Positions 9,806 through 19,568 of a stretch of DNA of 20,000 nt are shown in pieces. Where the stretch lies: contig NW_027191463.1 in the NCBI RefSeq assembly GCF_011745625.1, positions 605,265-625,264 on the forward strand. The letters are read 5' to 3'. The position numbers were made by a program, and so were the translations under genes. This stretch comes from Cladosporium halotolerans (Eukaryota). The notes below the pieces were generated by a model, which had not been told where the DNA came from, did no database searches, and saw only the letters and a program-made list of their open reading frames with translations. Within the stretch, counting starts at the first letter, position 1; each line of letters opens with the position of its first letter.

Positions 9806-11522
9806 TTACAACTTTGACGATGGCGCCATGCGCCACACTCGGCCCGACTGCGGTTTGCGCGCGCGCAATTGTCGCCGTAGAATCTTGCCGGCTGCGCTCT
9901 TAGGAATCGTGTCAACTACTTCCACCTCCGCCAGCCACTTCGCCCGAGCTTTTCTCTCCGAAACATACTGCATGATCGACTGTGCCGTCTGCTGTGAGTT
10001 GCTCGTTCCCACTTGCAGAACCACAAAGGCTTTGGGCCGTTCTCCCGAGCGCTCGTCCGATATGCCACACACTGCAATATCGCTCACCGCCGGGTGGGAC
10101 AGCAGGAGCTGCTCTATCTCTGCAGGAGCGACGCCGATACCCTTCACCTTGATCATTTCTTTCGCTCGGTCTGTGATGTGCAGCATGCCCTCACTGTCCA
10201 TCATGCCTATATCGCCTGTGTGCAAAAAGCCATCTGCGTCAAACGCTTCCGCTGTGGCCGTTGCGTTGTTCAGATACCCCATGGCAATTTGCGGGCCGCG
10301 AGCCCAGATCTCTCCTTCCTCGCCGACGCCCATCTCCTTGCAGCTTTCCATGTTAACAATCTTCAGCTCGGTAGACGCGACCAACATCCCAACCTTGTCC
10401 GCATTACGGTACGCGTACTTGGACGGGGGATGAGATGTGATGGCCGAGCACGACTCTGAGAGACCATATCCTTGCTTGAATCCGCTTCCGGGGAAGTGGG
10501 ACTCCAATTCTTCCAATATGGCTTTCGGCAGCGGTGCAGCACCGGATGAGAACCGCTTGATGTGCGACAGGTCGTATCTGGACAATACTTCCCTTTCCCG
10601 TACCATGCGGAGAAGGATCGGTGGAACAACAAGCAGTTCACGGACCCGGTACTTGGATGCCGTCTCCAGGAACGTGTCAAGCGTGTATTTCGACAAGACG
10701 TAAACGTTCGCGTTCAGGGCGATTGGAAGAGCGAATTGGTGAATGAGGCCCGTGACATGGTAGTAAGGCAGACCACCCATGACTTTGTCGTGATCGCTGG
10801 GCGTTATCTGTTGAACTTGCAAGCACTGGGCAATGACATTTGCGTGCGAGATCTGCACAGCTTTGGGCAAACCAGTGGTACCGCTGCTGAAACACAAGAA
10901 TGCACACAACCGGGTGTTTGATCTGCCTGGTGTAATGCGAAAGGTTTGCGCTTCAGACTTCTCCCCAGCCGCTTTGCCTGCAGAGATGAGGTTGTCGAAT
11001 CCATGCGTTCCGACCACATCCGCGTCGAAAAGTACAACATGGGACGCTTCCATGCCGCAGTTCTTCGCAGCGATCTGTGCCGCCTCGAGTTTGTCCTGCG
11101 TCGTGAAAATGCACTTTGCTTGGCTCAGCTCGAGGCAGTGCGAGAGCTCTTCCGAAGAGTAGTCTGGTGAGACACCACATGCCACCACGCCGAGCCGGAG
11201 TGCTGCGAGCATGGCCACCGGGTATTGAATCGCATTGCGACTGTACACCAGAGCGACATCCCCTTCGCGGAGTGTTAAGACCCTTTGCAAGGCTGTGGAG
11301 AGATACTTGGCCCTTAATGACACATCTTGGTAGCTGCAATGCTGCTCCGTGAGTGCATCAGTGAGTCCTTTGGTAGCGCTGTTCGTGAGCTTTGGATTGT
11401 CGAAGAGCCAAGACCAGAGCGTGACGTCTTGGGGCACTGTTATCCTCATCAGTGCTTGAACATCTAAATCAATCAATGACTATCTGACCTTCAATGTCGG
11501 GGTGAATCGATTTGAACAACAT
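9806..11522 (-). CDS. Peroxisomal acyl-CoA ligase (4-coumarate-CoA ligase / phenylacetyl-CoA ligase-like); exons 11522-11489 and 11436-9806
   Basis: AMP-binding motifs FSSGTTGLPK, GYGLSE, HTGD and PKSAAGKILRR, with C-terminal SKL. A 52-nt intron 11488-11437 (GTCAGA...CTGAT...CAG) gives the N-terminus MLFKSIHPDIEVPQDVTLWSWLF, replacing the non-ATG start in the ORF track. Confidence 0.93.
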
Positions 11523-11860
11523 CGTACAAGACTATGAGATAGACTGAAGGTTGTGTGGAGTGCTGGCGTGAGATCTTTGATACAATCGTATCGTTGTCGT
11601 ATTCTCAAATAGAAGTCGAAGAGCTGGGGATGAGGTGAGGCCACTAAATGCAGGATGGATAGCAGCGTCCGCCGGCCAGCAATCAGGTACGCCAAGCTCA
11701 AGGGTCGTTGGCAAGGAGAGTCATGCTTGACACCACTGCTCTGCCATGACTCAGTCTAGATATCTTCCAACTGGATGGGGTGTTATAACGAGGCATGCCC
11801 TTCAGGTCATGAAGCGGCTCACAACTTAGACTTGGAACTGAACTTTCAACAGCATACGAA
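11523..11860. promoter_or_regulatory. 338-bp divergent intergenic region, likely bidirectional promoter for the CoA ligase and the phosphotransferase
   Basis: Head-to-head ATGs at 11522 (-) and 11861 (+). Confidence 0.6.
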
Positions 11861-13178
11861 ATGTCGATGGACGTAAGGCAACCCATCGACACTGCAGCCC
11901 TGGAAAGCTACCTCCATTGCAACACGCCGTCAATTTTAGGACCTCTTGATGTGAAGCAGGTTAGTGGCGATTTCGCAAAAAGTCCCAAACCCCCAAGAAC
12001 CACCATCACATAGGCAGCGCGATAGCGAGTTGAGGTGTAGTCTTGACTGACGAAAATGCGGATGTAGTTCAGCAATGGTCAATCCAATCCAACATATCTC
12101 CTAACCTCGCAACAGAAACAGCGATATGTTCTGCGAAAGAAGCCTCCTGCGGCCTCAGGAAATAGTAACAGCCATCAGATCGAGAGGGAATATCAGATAC
12201 TCGCCGCTTTGCAACCGTCCAACGTCCCAGTTCCACGAATTTTTGGTCTGTGCCAAGACGCATCGATAATTGGGACGCCATTTTACATCATGGAATTTTT
12301 AGATGGCCGAATCTTTGATAATCCCTGGTTACCGACTCTGCAGCCGAAGGAGAGAAGCTTGATGTAAGGGGAACCCCGCCTCAAGATGCTCATTACAAGA
12401 GCTCGAGAGAGTACTAACCGCATCCTTAATCAGATGGAAAGAGGCATTGGAGACGCTGGCGAAACTGCACTCCATCGATCTGAGTGCCATTGGGTTACAG
12501 CATTGGAAGAAGGAAGCCAGCTTCTACAACCGTCAGATTTCTGCGTTCAATCGCATTAGTGCTGCTCAGGCTGAGGCAAAGTTTACCACGAGGCAGCAGC
12601 TAGTCGGACAGATTCCCTACTTCGAAGAGCTGAGTAGATTTTTCTCTTGGGCGAACATGCAGCCGACAGAACGGAAAACGCTCGTCCACGGAGACTTCAA
12701 GATCGATAATCTGATCTTCCACAGATCCGAGCCGCGTGTAATCGGCGTTCTGGATTGGGAACTGGCCACAGAGGGCCACCCGCTTGGGGACCTGGCAAAC
12801 TTATTGTCACCTATGTTAAGCTCGGCGGAAGACATGACCTGGCTGGCAGAGCAGACACTCACGGCCGACTTGGCGATGTCCCGAAAGATGATGCGCTCTG
12901 AAATAACTGCAGGGGTACCAAGCATCCCGGAATGCCTCAGTTGGTACGCTAGGCTGAGTGGATGGGAAGTTTCGGGAGACGATATGCTCTGGGCGGCTGC
13001 GTTCAACAGCTTCCGCACGGCGGTCATCATGCAGGGTATTGCGGCCAGACTGGCAAGAGGCCAGACAAACAGCGCTCAAGCGGTGCCATTTGCCCTGCAA
13101 ACATTTCCGTACGCCGTCTTGGCATATGCCCGTGTCCAGCAGATCAAAGACAGCTCGGGTCTGAAGGGTAGACTCTAG
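11861..13178 (+). CDS. APH-family phosphotransferase homologous to the ACAD10/ACAD11 kinase domain (LvaA-like); exons 11861-11959, 12068-12363, 12434-13178
   Basis: The spliced product contains VRQPID, QFSNGQSNPTY, YVLRKKPP, HQIEREY, GTPFYIMEFLDGRIF, HGDFKIDNL and GVLDWELAT.GHPLGD. Introns 11960-12067 and 12364-12433 have canonical signals. The protein ends -GRL (PTS1-like). Confidence 0.92.
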
Positions 13179-13885
13179 GGTTGATCAGACTGAGTCAGGC
13201 AATCATCCGTGATTATTCTCTTGTCCGCAGATTCCATATCCCCATCGCAAGTCACCGGTTTTGAAATCGTGCGAGCACCACCTTTAGCCGTCGGACCTGT
13301 CGTTTCCCTTGCCTTCCCCATTGCCTCATCTCTCGCTCATCTCCGTCCTATCAAGATGGTGACTTGCGTGATCCAACGATTGCCTTGAGCTTCCAGATGA
13401 CTCGTTATCGTGACCCACACGAAATATGCGTCATTCCAAAGCAATGCGATATATGTTTCCCGTGGCGTCGAGATCTAAGCCGCTGGCCCGGCGGGAGTAA
13501 CGTCACGGCAAGCCCGCAACTCGCCCACGCGGAAGCGGGTCAAACTGCAGCGACCCGGAGCAGATTGCAATGACTCATTTGCCAATGCTTGCCGGAAGCT
13601 CCAGGCTTCAGACTAGCCTATGTGAATTTTGCTGTCGCACCGGTCCCTTGTTCTCCGCCTTGTGTTTCCAGGCCAGGTGCCGATGCACCCGCAGTCGAAC
13701 ATGACACGGGTAATGTTTGTGCTGTTGATCGGGAGATGTGTGCTGCTGAGCGTCCACGTCGCCAGTCAGCCGGTTTGCCACACATATACGGGAGTCTGTC
13801 TCAAGGAGCACAGCAATCATGCAATAGTGTCTGAATCGATTCTCTTCCACACGCAAACATCACCGCAGCGTTGCAACTCTTTACC

Positions 13886-15235
13886 ATGCAGGCAGTCGTA
13901 TTCAAGGGAGTGAGGGATGTAGCCGTGGAAGAGAGGCCTAAGCCCAGCTTGCAAGATTCGAGTGACATAATAGTGAAGGTGCGCTACACTGCATTGTGCG
14001 GCAGGTGAGTCAGATAACTATATGTCCGTCATCGTTCATTCACACCTCCATGGTCTTTTTGAAGTACTTTGGAAATCGCTGACCCGATATGCCGAATATT
14101 ATAGCGAGCTGCATGTCTTTCGCGGTCACCAGCCTTCTGGCACTGGGTTTATCATGGGCCATGAGTTCACTGGAACAGTAGAGGAGATTGGCAGCGACGT
14201 TCACACTGTGCAGAAAGGTGACATGGTTGTGGCACCTTTTACTGTCAGCTGTGGGGAATGCTTCTTCTGCAAGAACGGATTTTCTTCTCGGTGCCAACAA
14301 AGTCGCCTATTCGGAACCGCTGCTCTGGATGGCGGTCAGGCTGAGTACGTGCTTGTGCCTCTGGCAGACTCCACAGTCGTCAAAGCCCCCGACAACATTG
14401 AGGAGTTGAAACTCTGTTTGATGGCCGACATCTTCCCTACCGGCTATTTCGCCGCGTCAAACGCTTTCAAGGATGCCACCAAGGAGCAGATTCAAGACAG
14501 CGTAGTCGTCCTATTCGGCTGCGGGCCGGTAGGCCTTTGTGCGCTCGTCTCGGCTTTAATGTATAAGCCTAGAGCTCTACTTGCAGTCGACGGTGTTGAA
14601 AGTCGTCTCACGACTGCAGAACAGCTCGGTGCAGAACCATGGAACTATCAGGCTCCTGAAGCGTTGACTGCCCGAGTTAATGAGTTGACTAATGGACGCG
14701 GTGCCGACATGGTCATCGAGGTGGTGGGTCACAGCTCCGCTCTTGACTTGGGGTTCAAGCTACTGCGCTCTTGGGGCAGAATGTCTAGCGTTGGAGTCCA
14801 CAATGGTGAAATCCCTTGGACCGGAAACCAAGCCTATGGCAAGAACCTTACCATACAGATGGGGAGATGTCCTGTGAAGAGTGAGCCTTCATCCCTTCCG
14901 CTATCACTAAGTTGCACTAAATCCTCACATGACGATGGTTTCCCTACATTGCCAAAATCACACATCTAGCTTCGACGATAAAGCCGAGAACTGACAAAAG
15001 ATATCAGGTATTTTCAAAGAGGCGCTCAAAGCTTTGGAAAAGCAACAAGAACTGCTCGGGTACGTCAGTGGCTGTCTTTTCGGAAAATGATACAACCCAC
15101 TTTTGGATTCAGCTAACTGTTGCTTTCGCCAGTTTCATGACCGAAACTGTGATGCCTTTAAGTCAGGCTGTCGAAGGCTATGAGATTTTTGACAAAATGA
15201 GGGCTCAGAAGGTGATTTTTGATGCCACGAAGTGA
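13886..15235 (+). CDS. Zinc-dependent medium-chain alcohol dehydrogenase (formaldehyde-dehydrogenase-like); exons 13886-14004, 14105-14880, 15008-15059, 15133-15235
   Basis: ALCGSELH (spans intron 1), GHEFTG, structural Zn site CGECFFC...SRC, ADIFPTG and GCGPVG. Three introns with canonical donor, branch and acceptor sites give an unbroken frame ending KVIFDATK*. Confidence 0.93.
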
Positions 15236-15653
15236 ACAACAGCAGACTCTTTCGACTGCCAACTTGCGTCTGACAAGAGAAAGGAGCGAGGGCCAAGTTG
15301 GCCCAAGGCATTCATGATTCGTTGTACTTCATCGCGTAGTGTTGCTTGTAGATCTGCGCACACATCATTTGCACTGCACCGATTTCCTATTAGGCGTAGA
15401 TGTCTTGAGAACGTGGTTCGCCCAGGACATGCGATTCAGCATCATCCGTTATTGATGCCATGGCTTTCTGATGCCGATTGAATACATCATCTTTACTAGC
15501 GGAAAGGAATCAGTGAATGTTTACAAGTTTCTCCACTTACGCCAGAGCGAAAATTGGATGGACTGAAGAGGCAACCGTTGTGCAAAATGATGTGTAGCGT
15601 CTTGTGTTAAGCAAGATGTTTCTTATGGAACATGGTTTCTGCCTTTCTACCGT

Positions 15654-17249
15654 CTATAGATTCCCAATGGTCACAGACTTCACATTTTGATACTCCTGTA
15701 TCCCCAGAAGACTGCCCTCGCGACCGCAACCACTTTCCTTGACTCCACCAAACGGTGTCTCGGCGGCGCTTATGAGACCGGTGTTTACGCCCACCATACC
15801 ACACTGGAGTTGGCGTACAACCCGCATAACGCGACTGATATCTCTGCTGAAAAAGTAACCAGCGAGCCCGTATTCAGTGTCGTTTGAGAGCCTTATCGCC
15901 TCTGATTCGTCGGAAAAAGCAAAAATGGCTGCAAGGGGTCCAAATGTCTCTTCGTAGGCGACTTGCATGGCAGAAGTCGCTCCCGTCAGCACCGTGGGCT
16001 GGTAGAAGAATCCTTTCCCATCCGCAGGCGCTTGGCCACCAGTAAGCAGACGGGCTCCTTTGGCGATTGCGTCCTGGACATGTGCTTCCATCTTCGAAAC
16101 TGCTGCGCGGTTGATCAAAGGACCTTGAGTAGTATCGGTATCGAGCCCAGCCCCGAGTCTGAGCTGCTCCACACGAGAGACTAGTTTGGCGGCAAACTCA
16201 TCAACGATGCTCTCGTGCACCAGCAGGCGGTTCGCGCAAACGCATGTCTGTCCGGCGCAGCGAAATTTGCAGGCCATGGCGCCGTCTACGGCTTTGTCGA
16301 TATCGGCGTCCTCGAACACCACGAAAGGCGCGTTACCTCCAAGCTCCATGCTGATACGCTTCATCGTTCCCATGGCGGTGGCGGCTAGCATTTTGCCCAC
16401 CTTGGTCGATCCAGTGAAGCTGAGTTTCTTCACGTCGGGGTTCCTAGCAAGTTCCATTGATGCCTCACGGTCTTTGGTAGGAATGACGTGTATTACATCA
16501 GCTGGAATGCCCGCATCGAGAGCCAGTTTAGCCAGGGCCAACGCAGTCAGTGGCGTTTCGCTTGGTGGTTATAACCACCGAACAACCGGCTGCGATTGCT
16601 GGCGCCACCTTACGCGTAATCATAGCCGCGGGAAAATTCCAAGGAGTGATGATACCGCAGACACCAACCGGCTCCCGGTATGTAGACACCATGGTGTTGG
16701 GTTGCGATGATGCGATAGTATCACCGTAAGCCCTGGTCGCTTCTTCTGAAAACCAGGAAATGAACGAGGCGGCATAATTGACCTCGCTCTTCGCCTCAGC
16801 AATCGTCTTGCCGTTCTCCAGGGACAAGATGATAGCAACTATTCCGATTTCGTTAGCAAATACTGTTCACTCTAGCGTTCGATGTCGTCCATGCTCGAGA
16901 AATCCGACTTGGAAGAAGGATTTTAGGAATGAGCAGAAGCCAGGAGGTGAAACTACCCACGGTCAAGATGGTTTGCCATGACAAGGTCGTGCCATCGTCT
17001 TAAGAGTGAGCCTCTCTGCTTCGCTGTGGTTTGTTCGAAGAATACTTTGGTGCCGGATTTCGCACTCCCAATTGCGTCTATGAATGCTGACCTATCCAGA
17101 TCTGCGCATCGAAGGAGCACGCCCCCTGTTGCCGGATTGATGACAGGAAAAGTGTTGTTGCCTTTCGCTTGTTTCCATTTTCCGGCGATCAAGCCTTCAG
17201 AGATCACAAGAGACTGATCTTGTAATTTCAAGAAGCTGTCGATCGCCAT
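15654..17249 (-). pseudogene. Succinate-semialdehyde dehydrogenase-like NAD(P)+ aldehyde dehydrogenase with a frameshift near 16569; exons 17249-16961 and 16838-15654
   Basis: ALDH motifs [41 protein letters not shown] and EETFGP. Intron 16960-16839 has GTGGGT, GCTAAC and TAG. The conserved VIKPPSETP reads GTT ATA A CCA CCA AGC GAA, 2 nt short, so this is either a pseudogene or an assembly indel. Confidence 0.85.
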
Positions 17250-17995
17250 TATTCTAAGATCACAAGAGTCGATGCTGATAAAAGATGACGGAAATTACCG
17301 ACAATGTAAGCTGTGTGAGGAAGGCCTTGTGAGTCTCCACGAATGTCTCCTCAGTATATGTTTAATGGTGGTTGGAACATCACATTGAAGACACCAAATA
17401 TATTGCGTATTGGAACCGCTGTTCCGCTCATCCGATTAAGGCTCTCATATTTGCAGCTAGAACATGACGCAGATTTTATCAGACTGCCGGAGCAAAAGCG
17501 TCGACAATGATTCATGCCCCTGTCGGAGAGTGAAGCTCCGAATGGGCCCGATAGATGTTCGCTCGACCTGCGCAGACACCCAGTAGAGCCTCGGTTGATC
17601 AGTCTCTGATTGTCTTGCCAAGTCAGGCTTTTTCGTATTCGCATGTAAGGGTCCATGTGCTTTTATCCGCCTTCGCTCGGCTTCAAAGTCGCTGTTACTG
17701 CATCTAGAATGCTCCAGACGCATGATAACAATAAATCAATCAATGCGATCGGTACAATACATTGAAGTCTCGGCGCCTGACGTTCATATTGATAGGGTGT
17801 CGAGGTACTCATTGATGGGAAGACGGCTAGCAGACGTGACTTTCTTGGACTGTGGAAAGCTGGCCAGTCTTGGGAACATGAGCGATTCGCAACTAGAGAG
17901 GGTCTACGAACATGATACATGCGGAGCCAATGCATCTTATATACTGTTTTTACTTTTGGAAGTGCCATCGAGGAATAGGACCGCAACCTTTTCAC

Positions 17996-19420
17996 TCAAA
18001 TCCGCCCACGCTCGTAGAACTTGGTAGGGATGTCGACGTGCTTGCACCGAAGATACTCGGCAAGGTTCTTACCCAGGACATCATATGTAGAGCTTGAGGC
18101 AACACCTCGGTCCAAATGATCCTTGAGAAGGAAGTGTACAGCTGGAGTGAAATTGTCAATATCAGTAAAGTCTCAGCGCAGGCTCCAGTTGAAGAGGGGC
18201 TACTCACCCCAGATGTTGGGCAGCTCGAAGCGATGGATGGCTCCCCCAGAGTCATCGTCTGCCAGAAGCTCCCTGATCTTCGTTGTCGACAAGAGCGAGC
18301 GCAGCCAATCCCATTCATCCGCACTTCGCACAAAGAATCCAACGTTGGCATCCGACCCTTTGTCTCCCGACCTCGCATGGACGATGTGTCCAAGCGGAGC
18401 TCTGACAGTCGGACCCAGCGTGTCAAGTTGGACAGGCTTGTCGGTCTCGTAGCTCGGCTGCTCCGACAGGAAATCAAGGGTATCAGTTGGGTGAGGGATG
18501 TCGATCCGGAGGTGCTTACTAGGCACGACGGCCACGTGCTTGACATCCGATTGTGGAAGGAGCGTAACGAAGTATTCATAATACGGCTTTGGAACGCCCT
18601 GCCGAGTATCAACCGCAAAGGTTGCGCCTGGATAGCTTTCCATGATAATATCCGTGACAGGCCGAAGGAAATTTTGCGGCAGCAATGCCTTCTCATCGCG
18701 CGACTGCGCAAAGATGCGGAAGTCCACTGTTGCAGAGTCTTGATTGGTGGGCTCCTCTGGACATCGGCCGTTCGTGCGGAATTTGAGTGTATGGTACTTG
18801 TTTGTATCGAGCATGGCTCTGATCTGCTTTTCGGCCATGGCCGCTTTTTCTGCAATGTCGAGGCCACACATGAAGTAATGCACTTCTGCCTGATATCCGC
18901 CACGTGCAGTCAGGCCAACTTTTGTCGTCGGCGGGGGCTTGATGTATCCCACGTTAGAGATGCGACTGCTTCTCGTCAGCTTGGCTCGGGATGTTGACGA
19001 ATGTGGAATACAAACACTCGATTGTCGCTGACTTCCTTGATCTCAACGTTTGAAAGCTCAGCAACAACGTCGGAATTATAGTATAGCGGGCCTTGAATTT
19101 CGTAGAGGAATTGTGCTTTGCACGTGTCGACAGTCACCATCCCTCCCCGGTCTCCCTGCTTCGTGATGACGAAGGTACCATCCGCAGCAATTTCAGCAAT
19201 AGGGTACCCAATGCGAGAGACGTCCCCAGGCAGGCTTTTGAAACCTGAAAAGTTGCCGCCGGTCACGTAGGTGGAGCACTCAAGGAAGTGCCCCGCGACG
19301 AACGAATGCGCTAACTCAGACAACATGTCTCTACTCCATCCATGGAAGTAAGCGGCACAAGCCATGGTAGGTGACGCGTCCGCGACTCTTCCACACACCA
19401 CAATGTCAGCGCCATTCTGG
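17996..19420 (-). pseudogene. AtuA (acyclic terpene utilization, DUF1446) family gene, 3' portion only, interrupted by a hAT transposon; exons ~19420-19016, 18965-18208, 18141-17996
   Basis: GADIVVCGRVADAS, AGHFLECSTYVTGGNF, GYPIAEI, YEIQGPLYYNSDV, PPPTTKVG, ARSGDKGSDANVG and DVLGKNLAEYLR. Introns 19015-18966 and 18207-18142 restore the frame, which ends -GRI. The N-terminal part is missing and transposon sequence sits in its place. Confidence 0.88.
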
Positions 19421-19432
19421 CAGACTTCTGCA

Positions 19433-19547
19433 CAATCAATCAAGCTCAAGCGGGAACTATATGCTTGATTGATTGACTGACTGGGCTTGCTTGATTGCTT
19501 GAGCTTGAGAGTAGCAAGCGCTTGATTGATCGCTTGATTACGCTTGA
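19433..19547. repeat. Subterminal repeat array of the hAT element
   Basis: A perfect 13-bp inverted repeat CAATCAATCAAGC (19433-19445) / GCTTGATTGATTG (19463-19475). GCTTGA occurs at 19463, 19489, 19497, 19503, 19520, 19532 and 19542, and inverted TCAAGC at 19440 and 19446. Confidence 0.85.
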
Positions 19548-19568
19548 GTCTGATGACTAACGCGTCGA

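Noticed and set aside
11861..13178. Aminoglycoside resistance gene
   Set aside because: It has the APH fold, but GQSNPTY, LRKKPP and GTPFYIMEFLDGRIF mark the ACAD10/11-type metabolic subgroup. It also has spliceosomal introns and a PTS1-like end.
13200..13885. Short ORFs between the kinase and the ADH (also 17250-17995)
   Set aside because: They have no motifs and no consistent splice structure, so I treat these regions as intergenic/promoter DNA.
16560..16580. Programmed frameshift or micro-intron rescuing the ALDH
   Set aside because: There is no slippery heptamer or suitable GT...AG pair, and sequence is missing, not extra.
17589..17594. CCTCGG (Far-type) motif upstream of the ALDH as a cluster-wide regulatory site
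   Set aside because: It is a single hexamer expected by chance, and I did not find it consistently in the other cluster promoters.
17992..18997. 303-aa (-) and 293-aa (+) ORFs overlapping the AtuA-like gene
   Set aside because: They are alternate-frame and antisense shadows. The spliced AtuA frame carries all the conserved motifs.
19433..19547. CRISPR array or telomeric repeat
   Set aside because: The context is eukaryotic, spacing is irregular with no unique spacers, the unit is not TTAGGG, and it is explained as hAT subterminal repeats.
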